Numbered from the stretch's first letter, positions 1 through 10,455 are shown. The stretch: DNA of 56,356 nt from a virus (IMGVR_UViG_3300046534_001186:1-56356); one strand, 5' to 3'. Numbers and translations: made by a program. The notes: generated by a model from the sequence alone, not told the origin.

Positions 1-2805
1 GCATGATGCAGGAGACGCTGTCGTCTGCAATTACCGCTGACTCTACACGAGAAGCGCCCGACAGACCCCAGAAAGCTGCAGCCCCACTAACCGCGAGCCA
101 GCTAGCTATATACAATCAGATCGCTCACCACTTAGGCCAGCCCGAACTAAGGCACGTCAACAATGAGAGCGCGCTCAGGCTAGCGATCGACGCCCAGTAT
201 GAGCTGGCCACAGATCACCTACTAGAGAAGATCTCACCTAAGTTTGCTACTGAGACAGCCACGCTAGCGGATGCCGACGACAGTGCGGTTCATGGGTTTG
301 ATAACGTATTCACGATCCCGACTAACATGGTCACGCTCTCAGGCGTGTGGTCGGACGAGAACCTAGATTTTCCTGTTCTGAGGTACCTGCACGAAGACAC
401 CCAGATCTTTGTGGACGCGTTCGATCCAATTTACATACGCTACGTTAAGAAAGAAGTTGCCGAGACATCGTGGACGCCCACGTTCAAGCAGGCGCTAGCC
501 GCGCACATTGCTACGCGGCTATCGGGTGCGTTCGCTGCAGAAAGACTAGAGTACCTGTCCGGCATGATGCAGGAGACGCTGTCGTCTGCAATTACCGCTG
601 ACTCTACACGAGAAGCGCCCGACAGACCCCAGAAAGCTGCAGCCCCACTAACCGCGAGCCAGCTAGCTATATACAATCAGATCGCTCATCATTTAGGCCA
701 GCCTGAACTAAGGCACGTCAACAATGAGAGCGCGCTCAGGCTAGCGATCGACGCCCAGTATGGGCTGGCTACGGATCACCTACTAGAGAAGATCTCACCC
801 AAGTTTGCCACTGAGACCGCCACGCTAGCGGACGCGGCGGACAGTACCGTGCACGGGTTCGACAATGTATTCACGATCCCGACTAACATGGTCACGCTCT
901 TAGGCGTGTGGTCGGACGAGAACCTAGATTTTCCTGTTCTGAGATACCTACACGAAGACACCCAGATCTTCGTGGACGCGTTCGATCCCATCTATATACG
1001 CTACGTTAAGAAAGAAGTTGCCGAGACAGCGTGGACGCCTACGTTCAAGCAGGCGCTAGCCGCGCACATTGCTACACGGCTATCGGGTGCGTTCGCTGCA
1101 GAAAGACTAGAGTACCTGTCCGGCATGATGCAGGAGACGCTGTCGTCTGCGATCACCGCTGACTCCACACGAGAAGCGCCCGACAGGCCTCAGAAAGCCG
1201 CAGCTCCGTTAACCGCGAGCCAGCTAGCTATATACAATCAGATCGCTCATCACTTAGGCCAGCCCGAACTAAGGCACGTCAACAATGAAAGCGCGCTCAG
1301 GTTAGCGATCGACGCCCAGTATGAGCTGGCCACAGACCACCTATTGGAAAAGATCTCACCTAAGTTTGCCACTGAGACAGCCACGCTAGCGGACGCGGCG
1401 GACAGTGCGGTTCATGGGTTTGATAACGTATTTACGATCCCGACTAACATGGTCACACTTCTAGGCGTGTGGTCGGACGAAAATCTAGACTTTCCCGTTC
1501 TGAGGTACTTACACGAAGACACAGAGATCTTCGTGGACGCGTTCGACCCCATCTACATACGCTACGTCAAGAAAGAAGTAGCCGAGACAGCGTGGACGCC
1601 TACGTTCAAGCAGGCGCTAGCCGCGCACATTGCTACACGGCTATCGGGTGCGTTCGCTGCAGAAAGACTAGAGTACCTGTCCGGCATGATGCAGGAGACG
1701 CTGTCGTCTGCGATCACCGCTGACTCCACACGAGAAGCGCCCGACAGGCCTCAGAAAGCTGCAGCCCCACTAACCGCGAGCCAGCTAGTTATTTACAATC
1801 AGATCGCTCATCACTTAGGCCAGCCCGAACTAAGGCACGTCAACAATGAAAGCGCGCTCAGGTTAGCGATCGACGCCCAGTACGATCTGGCCACCGACTA
1901 TCTGCTGGAAAAGATCTCACCCAGGTTTGCTACCGAGACAACTACGCTAGCCGACGCCGGCGACAGTGCCGTGCACGCGTTCGATAACGTGTTCACGACC
2001 CCTGCCAACATGGTCACACTCTTAGGCGTGTGGTCGGACGAGAACCTAGACTTTCCCGTTCTGCGATATTTGCACGAAGACACAGAGATCTTTGTAGACG
2101 CGTTCGATCCCATCTATATACGCTACATCAAGAATGAAGTGGTCGAGACGGCGTGGACGCCTACGTTCAAGCAGGCGCTAGCCGCGTACATTGCTACACG
2201 GCTATCGGGTGCGTTCGCTGCAGAAAGACTAGAGTACCTGTCCGGCATGATGCAGGAGACGCTGTCGTCTGCGATCACCGCTGACTCTACCCGGGAAGCG
2301 CCGGTCAGGCCTCAGAAAGCCGCAGCGCCTTTGTCTGCGGAAAAGCTGGCTATATACAACCAGATCGCCCAGTCACTCGGCCAGAAAGAGCTGCGCCACG
2401 TTAACGACGAAAGTGAGCTGCGGCTAGCTATCGACAGTCACTACGCGATCATCAGAGATCAGCTACTCGAAACCATTAAGCCAAGATTTGCCACGACATT
2501 CGCTGTGCTCACAGACTCAGCCGACAGCTCCGTGCACGCTTTCGATAACGTGTTCACGCTGCCTACCGGCCTAGTCACGCTAGTCGGGGTGTTCTCTGAC
2601 ATCGAGCTAGACCAGCCGGTGACAAGATACCTGCACGAAGACACTGAGCTGTACGTTGCTAACTACCCGACTGTCTACTTAAGGTACATTCAGAACGAAA
2701 TCGCAGAAAGCGCATGGACGGCCACCTACAAACTGGCTTTGTCCGCTAAAATAGCTGCTCGCTTGGCGCCAAGGTTTGCGTTAAAGAATGAAGACCCGTC
2801 GAGCC
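1..2805 (+). repeat. 561-bp coding tandem repeat
   Basis: GCATGATGCAGGAGACG recurs at 1, 562, 1123, 1684 and 2245. Units are near-identical at first and diverge after ~2290. Confidence 0.97.
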
Positions 2806-3545
2806 CCAGCTACGCCTCTGCAGTCAAGTACTTAATGGCTTCTTTTGAGAACGAAGTCGTACGTGCCATGCAGGACGCCATGGTGGCAGACTCTATGATA
2901 GAGCCCCAGACGCGGCCAATAAAGGCCACTAGGGTTCTAGACGACGAGTACAGGGCTCTCTACAACAAAGCACTACAGATCCTCGGTCTCCCTCAACTGA
3001 CCAGCAACACCGACGAGTCGGCGCGCAAGGTGGCGCTCGACTACGCCATAGACAATAAAGCAGTCGAAACCGTGTTCGAGTTAATCTCGTGGGGGTTCCT
3101 GTACAAGCGTTTAAAACTCAGTGCCAGCGTATCGGAGATCCCGAGCTTCGGGTTTCAGTACGCGTTCGATGTGCCGGCGGATTTCATTCGGATAGATAGC
3201 GTCTCAGCCGACGAGTACTTCCGGCACCCTCAGGATTACACCAGAGAGGGCGACTTCTTCTACGCAGATGTGAAGGACCTGTACATTAGATACCTCTCAA
3301 ACGCTCAGGTAACCACCCCCGCCGTGTGGCCCGTCTATATTCACAATCTTGTTGCGGCGGAGCTGGCTCGCAACTGCTCAGGCGTGCTAGACGCCGACAG
3401 AGACAACGCTCGCATAATGTACCAAGAGTACAAAGATGAGGCCTACAACACTGACGCTCAGCGTAACCCACCTCAGGTCATAACCACCGGCAGTTGGGTC
3501 GGATCTAGAGCCAGTGGAACAACCCGACGCAACGGAAGGCCGTAG
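3..3545 (+). CDS. 3' part of tandem-repeat tail tubular protein A (T7 gp11/P22 gp4-like adaptor); 5'-truncated continuation of the ORF starting at 54301
   Basis: Six ~187-aa units. The last has the canonical adaptor motifs (LYNKALQILG, WGF..R, PSFGFQYAFDVPADFIR, YTREG..YADVKDLYIRY, C-terminal GSW..SR). It lies directly upstream of the nozzle gene. Confidence 0.85.
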   Translation: MMQETLSSAITADSTREAPDRPQKAAAPLTASQLAIYNQIAHHLGQPELRHVNNESALRLAIDAQYELATDHLLEKISPKFATETATLADADDSAVHGFDNVFTIPTNMVTLSGVWSDENLDFPVLRYLHEDTQIFVDAFDPIYIRYVKKEVAETSWTPTFKQALAAHIATRLSGAFAAERLEYLSGMMQETLSSAITADSTREAPDRPQKAAAPLTASQLAIYNQIAHHLGQPELRHVNNESALRLAIDAQYGLATDHLLEKISPKFATETATLADAADSTVHGFDNVFTIPTNMVTLLGVWSDENLDFPVLRYLHEDTQIFVDAFDPIYIRYVKKEVAETAWTPTFKQALAAHIATRLSGAFAAERLEYLSGMMQETLSSAITADSTREAPDRPQKAAAPLTASQLAIYNQIAHHLGQPELRHVNNESALRLAIDAQYELATDHLLEKISPKFATETATLADAADSAVHGFDNVFTIPTNMVTLLGVWSDENLDFPVLRYLHEDTEIFVDAFDPIYIRYVKKEVAETAWTPTFKQALAAHIATRLSGAFAAERLEYLSGMMQETLSSAITADSTREAPDRPQKAAAPLTASQLVIYNQIAHHLGQPELRHVNNESALRLAIDAQYDLATDYLLEKISPRFATETTTLADAGDSAVHAFDNVFTTPANMVTLLGVWSDENLDFPVLRYLHEDTEIFVDAFDPIYIRYIKNEVVETAWTPTFKQALAAYIATRLSGAFAAERLEYLSGMMQETLSSAITADSTREAPVRPQKAAAPLSAEKLAIYNQIAQSLGQKELRHVNDESELRLAIDSHYAIIRDQLLETIKPRFATTFAVLTDSADSSVHAFDNVFTLPTGLVTLVGVFSDIELDQPVTRYLHEDTELYVANYPTVYLRYIQNEIAESAWTATYKLALSAKIAARLAPRFALKNEDPSSPSYASAVKYLMASFENEVVRAMQDAMVADSMIEPQTRPIKATRVLDDEYRALYNKALQILGLPQLTSNTDESARKVALDYAIDNKAVETVFELISWGFLYKRLKLSASVSEIPSFGFQYAFDVPADFIRIDSVSADEYFRHPQDYTREGDFFYADVKDLYIRYLSNAQVTTPAVWPVYIHNLVAAELARNCSGVLDADRDNARIMYQEYKDEAYNTDAQRNPPQVITTGSWVGSRASGTTRRNGRP

Positions 3546-3547
3546 AT

Positions 3548-6500
3548 ATGTCCCGCACTCTTTACAACAAATTCAACCGAGGCGAGGTCGATGAGAAAGT
3601 CATGGCTCGCGACGACGTTGAAAGAATAGTCAACTCAGGCTCGCTAGTGGAAAACTTTACTCCGCTTAGAGCCGGTCCGATGCAGTACCGGCCCGGCTTC
3701 GAGTTCTCAGAGGCAGCCAAGCCCAACGAGTCGTACTACCTGATCCCATTTGTGGACGACGGGGAGAACCCCACTTTTCTTGAGCTGTCCCAGAGCGCGG
3801 CTAATCCCAGCGTAGAAACAGTCAGATTTATAGTCAACGATGCAGTGGCCACGGCCACTGCCACTGACGACACGCTTGCTAACGGCAGCTTCACCGATAA
3901 CATCGGCAGCTGGACGGCAGACCATGACGGGGCCGGAGCTGCGGCGTGGGACGCGGGGGGTAGAGCGAAACTAACTGGCGCCACCGCAAACGGTGCGTGG
4001 GGAAGACTCTACCAAACCGTGACCCAGTCTGCCGGCGAGAGAAGCATCAGGGTAGTGGTGGACAGCACCCCGATCCTAGTTCAAATAGGGACTGACGGCT
4101 CTCAAAGTTCTGACATATTTCAAGACGTACTGGGCTTAGGGATACACGTGCTCACCTTTACGCCGACCGACGATTACACAATTACGCTGTCTAATGACAA
4201 GCCGTACGCGGGCTACGTGTCCTTTTGCGACCATCTGGCCGCAGGGGCGATTGAGCTGTCCGGATCCATAGTCCTAGACACCACTACCACCGCTGGCACC
4301 CTGCAGTCGATACGGTACACGCAGGTCAATGACGTGTGCTTTATCACGGACGGGGCGTACATCACGGAGAGGCGGTCGTACCCGTTCTGGCTAATTAAGC
4401 GACGCGGGCTAAAGTCTTGGAGCTTTGAACTGCCCGAGCAACTAGACGGCCCGTTCGGTCCAATTAATATCACTGGCGTCACGCTGGCTGTGACTGCCAC
4501 TACTGGTGACACCACTCTGACTGCCAGCAGCGACTTCTTTAATGACACTGCCACTGACTACCGAGACCAGTATCAGATCGCTCACGGCGAGACGGCGGGG
4601 GTGTGCGAGATAACTTCGGTCACTAATAAAACTACTGCTCTCGTAAGAGTGCTGCGTGCGTTCGGTGCCACCACGGCTACAGCCGACTGGAATAAAGGGG
4701 AGCTGGGGATCACCACTCCTGGGCCTACGGCGTCTGAGATATTCGATGGCCGTCTTTGGTTAGCGGGGGGCGCTCGGCTTTGGGGGTCAGTGTCAGACAG
4801 ATACACCTCGTTCGACACCAGTCTGGACGGCAACTCCGCTGCAGTGTCAAAAACTCTTGGATTTGGACCAGTTCAAAACGTGTCTTGGCTTAGGGGGGGA
4901 GACATCCTGCTCATGGGGCTAAGCTCCGAGGAGGTGGAGGTTAACTCCAACGCGGACCAAGACGCTCTTAACGCGAATAACGCTCGGGTACGCAGGGCCA
5001 CTAATAAAGGCTCTGCCCGAGTAAGGCCTGAGGTCGTAGACAAGGTGGTCTACTTTGTTCAACGCGGGCTAAAGAAAATATTCGCACTTAGCGGGCTCCA
5101 GGGGGAGCAAGTGTCTGCCCAAGACACCACGATCCTGCACCCCAACATCACTAGCCCGGGCGTGCAGCGTATGGTGTACTCGAGCGAGCCCGAGCCCCGC
5201 ATGTATATTTTGCTAACGGATGGCAGCCTCAGGGTATTGCTATTTGACGAGGCGGAGGATGTCATCGCTTGGTCCCGAATCACAGTGGCAGGAGGAGGAG
5301 TAATTAAAGATATCGCTGCTTCCCCTACAACTGACGAAGACGCGGTAATGATAATAGTCGAGCGTGGCGGGGTAGCGTACATCGAGCGCCTCGCCAAGTA
5401 CTCAGAGTCGCTGGGTGGGCTCTCCTCTAGGCACTACGACAGCCATGTGGCGTTCGATGCGCCGGGTGGCACCCTAACGGGACTAGCGCACCTAGACGGA
5501 GTGCTGTGCCACGTCTGGGCGGACGGAGTGGAGAGACAGACAGTGACCCCCTCGTCCGGATCGGCCACTCTCGCGCAGTCAGGGTACGCCAAAGTTGTGA
5601 TAGGCATTCGACACACCGCTAAGTGGAAAAGCAACAAGCTGTCTCGTTATGTCGATAAGTCGGTCTTAAACTACCGCAAGCGAGTCGTGCAGATGGGGCT
5701 GGTCATGAGGTCCGTTGCGCTCCGTACCTTAAAGTACGGCGCGGACGAGCAGCACCTTAGCAGTATGCCGGAAACGGACCAAGGCAGGGCTAGGGCTCCA
5801 ACTGACGAGCCCATACCTTCTATAGTTGGGACAATCGTGGGTGCGACGGATGGAGCTATCAGCGTCCAAGAGATGCGGCTATTCGCTGGCACTGACAAGA
5901 CGTACCTAGTGGCTGCGTGTGACACCCTTGTGTCCGCCCCTAGCGCGCAGAGAATGCAGTTCTTGGCGTACTTAGACGGGTACATGTATAACGTGGGCGG
6001 CACTGACGTCAGTAATGGGAACCTCAAGGAGTTGTGGCGGTACGAGGTAGCCTCGGGTGCATACGACCAAATGGCCCCCGCCCCGAACATAGCAGTCGAG
6101 CACTCCGTGTGCGCCGGCGAAGGTAAGTTCATGGTGATGTCAGCGAGCGGCGGGTTTCAAGTGTACAACGTCTCGACCGACGCGTGGCTCGCATCCCCCG
6201 CCCAGCCGACTGCCGCTAGGAAAGAGGCAGCACTTGCCTACTACGATGGCAAGGTCTACTACTACGGAGGTAACAACGGGGGAGCGTCGAGCAACACTTG
6301 GGGGATATACGATGTGGGCGCCGACAGCTGGGACGAGACCGCGTATAGCGGCAGCCCCGAAACTAAAAGATCCCATTGCGCGGCAGCTCCTCAGTCGGGT
6401 GTCGGCGCAGGCAAAATCTATTTTTTTGGGGGACTCACTGGGGCCACCACTGACACTCGCAAGATGGAGATATACGACATTGGATCCAACACCTTCGGGA

Positions 6501-7918
6501 CTGCAATCGACGCCACTATTCCGACTAAGGCGTACGGCAAACTAGAAGCCACTGACGACGGAGAGTTGTACCAATGGGGCGGAGGTCCTCGCGTTGGCGC
6601 AGGGGATGCTTTGGTGTGGAAATTTAATATCACTGCGGGCACTTGGAGCGTAGTTAACGACGGCACAGGGGTCCGCCCTTTGATTAGTAGCTACCAGTTC
6701 GGGCTGGCGTTCGACCCAATCAACGGGGACCTCTACAAAAACGGGGGGTTGTCTATCGAATACATGAGCTCCATTAACCCCGACGGCAATCCTAACGGGT
6801 GGACCAACGACCTGTGGAAGTACAGCATCTCTACAAATTTGTGGACCGAACTTAAAAAAGAGGGGGAGCTAGCCCCTATATCTGGGGCCATCCGGATTGC
6901 GGACGTAACAGACCCTGCGGCGATGGTGTCGCTCTCTGCTTTAAACATTAGCTCAGGCACGGACGACTGCTTGGGGTACGGGGTCGTGACTGACCAAGGG
7001 TACGCCTACCTGAGAACTCGCGAGCACGACGACAGCACGCTCAACCGAGGGCTGGCCGTAGTCAACATACTGGATCCCTCCAATCCCACACAAGAGGCGT
7101 ACCTTGCCGGCTCCGTGCTCTCTGACGCGGGGAAGTGTATTGCTAAGCAAGGGGGCTTCCTATTCTTGGTGTCGTTAGTGACTGACGGGGTATTGGAAGT
7201 GGTAAAGGTAGACCCTCCCAGTGCTCCGGTACTAGAGGCGGTGACGCTGGACCTGGTTACCGTGTCCTCGAATGCTAACCCCGACTCAATTGCGATTAAC
7301 CAGTACTACCTGTATGTGCCTTGGGAAGGGAATCTGCATATCGTAGACATATCAGACCCTCGCAACATTTCGCTGAGCTCTAGGTTCAGCCTTCCAGTGG
7401 CAGCGGCTTCGCAGTGCCAGGTGGAGCGGAGCACGCTGTATGTGCTTGACGTTGTGGCGGGGACCGTGCTGGCGTACGATGTGGCCGACCCAGTCGCCCC
7501 AGTGCTGATAGGATTTATAACTGACACGGCGCTGGTGGGGGCTACAGACTTCATAGCGACCTCGCCTTGGCTCTACGTTTCGACGGCCACCACGGTGGTG
7601 GTGTTAGATTTCAGGGACCCCAGCGTTCCCCTAAAGTTTGCCGCGTATGCAGGTTTTACGGATTTGAACACTTTGACCATGGCGACCCCTAATGTATTAT
7701 TCGGGGGCAGCTCTACAGGAAAGGGGACCGTGTACGCAGCAGACCAAAGGTCGTGGGCGTATGTGGACTACGACGAGATGAGCTTTGCGTTCGACGGAAC
7801 GTACGACACGGACTCCAGAGTGCTTCTACAGGCCACGGGACCCGCCACTATAACCGCATTAACTTTAGAGATTGAAGATGTTGATCATGCGACCAATGGT
7901 AGCGAAAGATCTAACTGA
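3548..7918 (+). CDS. Tail tubular protein B / nozzle (T7 gp12-like) with inserted carbohydrate-binding-like, Kelch and LVIVD domains
   Basis: N-terminal FNRGEV..MARDD..ENF..GPMQYRPG; IRYTQVNDV; DGRLWLAG..LWGS; WSR; C-terminal FDGTYDTDSRV..PATITAL. Position follows the adaptor gene. Confidence 0.85.
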   Translation: MSRTLYNKFNRGEVDEKVMARDDVERIVNSGSLVENFTPLRAGPMQYRPGFEFSEAAKPNESYYLIPFVDDGENPTFLELSQSAANPSVETVRFIVNDAVATATATDDTLANGSFTDNIGSWTADHDGAGAAAWDAGGRAKLTGATANGAWGRLYQTVTQSAGERSIRVVVDSTPILVQIGTDGSQSSDIFQDVLGLGIHVLTFTPTDDYTITLSNDKPYAGYVSFCDHLAAGAIELSGSIVLDTTTTAGTLQSIRYTQVNDVCFITDGAYITERRSYPFWLIKRRGLKSWSFELPEQLDGPFGPINITGVTLAVTATTGDTTLTASSDFFNDTATDYRDQYQIAHGETAGVCEITSVTNKTTALVRVLRAFGATTATADWNKGELGITTPGPTASEIFDGRLWLAGGARLWGSVSDRYTSFDTSLDGNSAAVSKTLGFGPVQNVSWLRGGDILLMGLSSEEVEVNSNADQDALNANNARVRRATNKGSARVRPEVVDKVVYFVQRGLKKIFALSGLQGEQVSAQDTTILHPNITSPGVQRMVYSSEPEPRMYILLTDGSLRVLLFDEAEDVIAWSRITVAGGGVIKDIAASPTTDEDAVMIIVERGGVAYIERLAKYSESLGGLSSRHYDSHVAFDAPGGTLTGLAHLDGVLCHVWADGVERQTVTPSSGSATLAQSGYAKVVIGIRHTAKWKSNKLSRYVDKSVLNYRKRVVQMGLVMRSVALRTLKYGADEQHLSSMPETDQGRARAPTDEPIPSIVGTIVGATDGAISVQEMRLFAGTDKTYLVAACDTLVSAPSAQRMQFLAYLDGYMYNVGGTDVSNGNLKELWRYEVASGAYDQMAPAPNIAVEHSVCAGEGKFMVMSASGGFQVYNVSTDAWLASPAQPTAARKEAALAYYDGKVYYYGGNNGGASSNTWGIYDVGADSWDETAYSGSPETKRSHCAAAPQSGVGAGKIYFFGGLTGATTDTRKMEIYDIGSNTFGTAIDATIPTKAYGKLEATDDGELYQWGGGPRVGAGDALVWKFNITAGTWSVVNDGTGVRPLISSYQFGLAFDPINGDLYKNGGLSIEYMSSINPDGNPNGWTNDLWKYSISTNLWTELKKEGELAPISGAIRIADVTDPAAMVSLSALNISSGTDDCLGYGVVTDQGYAYLRTREHDDSTLNRGLAVVNILDPSNPTQEAYLAGSVLSDAGKCIAKQGGFLFLVSLVTDGVLEVVKVDPPSAPVLEAVTLDLVTVSSNANPDSIAINQYYLYVPWEGNLHIVDISDPRNISLSSRFSLPVAAASQCQVERSTLYVLDVVAGTVLAYDVADPVAPVLIGFITDTALVGATDFIATSPWLYVSTATTVVVLDFRDPSVPLKFAAYAGFTDLNTLTMATPNVLFGGSSTGKGTVYAADQRSWAYVDYDEMSFAFDGTYDTDSRVLLQATGPATITALTLEIEDVDHATNGSERSN

Positions 7919-8246
7919 TCTTGAGCTACCCACCTTTGGTAGAACAATACGAGGCCAAGTAGCCGAGGTAGATGGTAAAACTGTGGCGGCCACAGGAGTG
8001 CTGCACACCTCTCCTTTCTACGCGTTTGCGCACATAACCCCTGCAATGAGGGACCACCCGCGCGCGATAGTTAGAGTAATCCAAGGGTTTGAAGAATTTT
8101 TAACAATGTACTACGGCACGGTGTACGCGATCGCCGATGTGAACGAGAATAATGCCCCCGCCGTGCTGGAAAGAGCAGGCTTCAAGCATTACCAAACTAG
8201 CTTAGAAGGGGAGGTGTACCGATGGCAGCAGCCGCAATACCACTAG
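7878..8246 (+). CDS. T7 gp13-like / GNAT-fold virion assembly protein
   Basis: Lies between the nozzle and ejection genes; C-terminal YAIAD..N.APAVLERAGF is typical of a GNAT fold. Confidence 0.55.
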   Translation: MLIMRPMVAKDLTDLELPTFGRTIRGQVAEVDGKTVAATGVLHTSPFYAFAHITPAMRDHPRAIVRVIQGFEEFLTMYYGTVYAIADVNENNAPAVLERAGFKHYQTSLEGEVYRWQQPQYH

Positions 8247-8803
8247 CCACGACCGCATTCAGCGTGGCCAGTAGTGTGTCCAAGGGACGCGCTGCTAGAA
8301 AAGCGGCGGACTCCGAGGCAGCTCAGATATCGGACAACGCTCGACGGGCCAGAGAAGAGGGCCAGTCCCGAGCGGATGAGATTCGCAGGCAAACTAACCG
8401 GCAGATGTCTGACGCGCAGGCGATCCAAGGCGGGTCCGGTTTCTCTGCCAGTGACGCCCAAGCGCTAAAGCAGATTGGGGACATCTCCGGTGCTGGAAAA
8501 TACAACGAGTTAGCTCAGCTATACCAAGCCGACAGTCAAGCGACGGGGATGGAGCGTCAGGCTCGCGAAACTAAGAAAGCAGGGAGACGGGCTCAGCGTT
8601 CGGCGTACCTTGGCGCGGTGTCCACTGCATTCTCGGGAGGCTCTAAAATTAAAGATGGCTTCAACGCGTTCAAAGAGTCGAGAGTCAACCGGGGCATGGG
8701 CGTGCCAGTTGTCCAGTCCGTGCCTTCGTTTAGATCCAGTTCCGGCACCACTTCGTTCGGGGCAGGCCCTAGGGGCGGCAGTATCGGCAGGAGGGCGTAT
8801 TAA
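8222..8803 (+). CDS. Internal virion (ejection) protein, gp14-like
   Basis: Ala/Gly/Gln-rich helical protein with hydrophobic N-terminus and Q.A..GGSG motif; synteny. Confidence 0.7.
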   Translation: MAAAAIPLATTAFSVASSVSKGRAARKAADSEAAQISDNARRAREEGQSRADEIRRQTNRQMSDAQAIQGGSGFSASDAQALKQIGDISGAGKYNELAQLYQADSQATGMERQARETKKAGRRAQRSAYLGAVSTAFSGGSKIKDGFNAFKESRVNRGMGVPVVQSVPSFRSSSGTTSFGAGPRGGSIGRRAY

Positions 8804-10455
8804 TGCCCCAGATCCCTCGCGGCGCAGATATAAACAGACAGATCGGGTCTGGCCAGCAATCGGTCACTAGGCAAGACACGAGAGACGCGGGCGTGGGCAC
8901 GGCGCTGATCGCCGGCCAGCTAGAGCAAGTGGCTGACAATCGCAGCAGATACCAGCTGGCCCAAGCCAAAACCTCGTTTCTCACAGCTAAAGTTAAGCAG
9001 GACAACGCGTACAACAACGACGAGGATTATGCTTCTATCCCCACTCGGTACGAGAACACTATGCGTAGCGCGATAAGCGACGCGTCGCAGCTGATAGATG
9101 ACTCTCGAGTCCGAGCGATGTTCCAAGACGACTCGGAGCTGCAGTCCCTTAAAGGGTTTGAGCGGATTAGCTCTTTCGCTCGGGGTGTCGAGACTGACTA
9201 CCAGCGGGCCTACGTGAGCGACGGCCTTAAGAAGATTAGGGAGTCCGCACTCACCGGCGACGTGAGCGACTCTATGGCGGCGGCCAGCGAGCTAGTGGAT
9301 AGCGCAGTCGCCATGAACTATCTGTCCGCCGAGGAAGGCGAGTCGGCAATATCCGCGTGGACGGACGACACCTTGGTCTCTAAAATCAAGATGATGGAGC
9401 CGGAGGAACGGGTAAACTCGCTCAACCAAGAGTGGGCGAGCAGCATACCCTCAGATCTTAGGGTAGGGCTGCAGCGCGAGTCGGACGCCATGCTGCTAGA
9501 TTCGCGCGCGATGGGATTTGTGGACGAGCTGATGATCCAAGGCAAGGGCGACGAATACAGCATGGGCCAGATAAACTTAATCCCCGACCCAGATTTGAGG
9601 GCCGCAGCGGAAAGCAGGTACAAGACTGAGATAGGCACGCGCCGGACCCTATCCGCAGAAAACGACACTGACGACATGAACCAGTATTACGCGATGCTCC
9701 GAGACCCAGCTAACGCTAGCGCGGGACCCGGCGAGAGATTCACGTACGACAGTATCCCAGAGGACGTTCGCAACCAGTTCTCGGCAAACACTGTGGCATC
9801 TCTTCGAGCAGCAGAGGCTCAAGGCGTATCTGCCACAGCGCCTCGGACAGACTACCTGGTGCAGCAAGCACTGCACGACGCGGCACGGCTCGCTGACCGA
9901 AGTAAGGACTATACTCAGTTTCGCGAGCTGCTTAACTTAAGTCGTGGCTCACTGAGCGCGGGAGATAACAACCGGTGGTCCGAAGTGGCGTCTGCTGGGG
10001 TCGAGGGGCTAGACCCCGTGGTGGAGTCTTACCTAAACGATCAGCAGTACGTGATCGCTAGGCTCACGGATCAGCTAGGATCGGTCAAGCCTTCTGACAG
10101 AGGCAGAAAAGAAGAGGTTAACGACTTGGTCCTGAGATGGGACACACACCGCAATAACTACCAGAACTCAAACAAAGGCGAGGTCCCTAGCCCCGCGATG
10201 AGACAAGATTTTATGGACATTTTTCTCGAAGAAAGAGCTTTCAAAAAGCCGGCGCTGTTCGGGTGGATGGAGACCAATGTAAGGTCTGACTTTGTAAGCA
10301 TGAGTCCGGGCGACAAGAGCGCGTTCCTCGACACCCTACAGGCGTCAGACGAGGGTCGATTCAGCGCGGTGCTTAACCTCATGGGGGTGGAGAAGCTACA
10401 AGACATCGACGAGGCAGACTACGGCGACATCCTCACCCTGTGGGAGACTAAATAG
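8803..10455 (+). CDS. Internal virion (ejection) protein, gp15-like
   Basis: MPQIP start, helical composition, synteny. Confidence 0.65.
   Translation: MPQIPRGADINRQIGSGQQSVTRQDTRDAGVGTALIAGQLEQVADNRSRYQLAQAKTSFLTAKVKQDNAYNNDEDYASIPTRYENTMRSAISDASQLIDDSRVRAMFQDDSELQSLKGFERISSFARGVETDYQRAYVSDGLKKIRESALTGDVSDSMAAASELVDSAVAMNYLSAEEGESAISAWTDDTLVSKIKMMEPEERVNSLNQEWASSIPSDLRVGLQRESDAMLLDSRAMGFVDELMIQGKGDEYSMGQINLIPDPDLRAAAESRYKTEIGTRRTLSAENDTDDMNQYYAMLRDPANASAGPGERFTYDSIPEDVRNQFSANTVASLRAAEAQGVSATAPRTDYLVQQALHDAARLADRSKDYTQFRELLNLSRGSLSAGDNNRWSEVASAGVEGLDPVVESYLNDQQYVIARLTDQLGSVKPSDRGRKEEVNDLVLRWDTHRNNYQNSNKGEVPSPAMRQDFMDIFLEERAFKKPALFGWMETNVRSDFVSMSPGDKSAFLDTLQASDEGRFSAVLNLMGVEKLQDIDEADYGDILTLWETK

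Noticed and set aside
440-2644. Recurrent short antisense ORFs
   Set aside because: Shadows of the adaptor repeat
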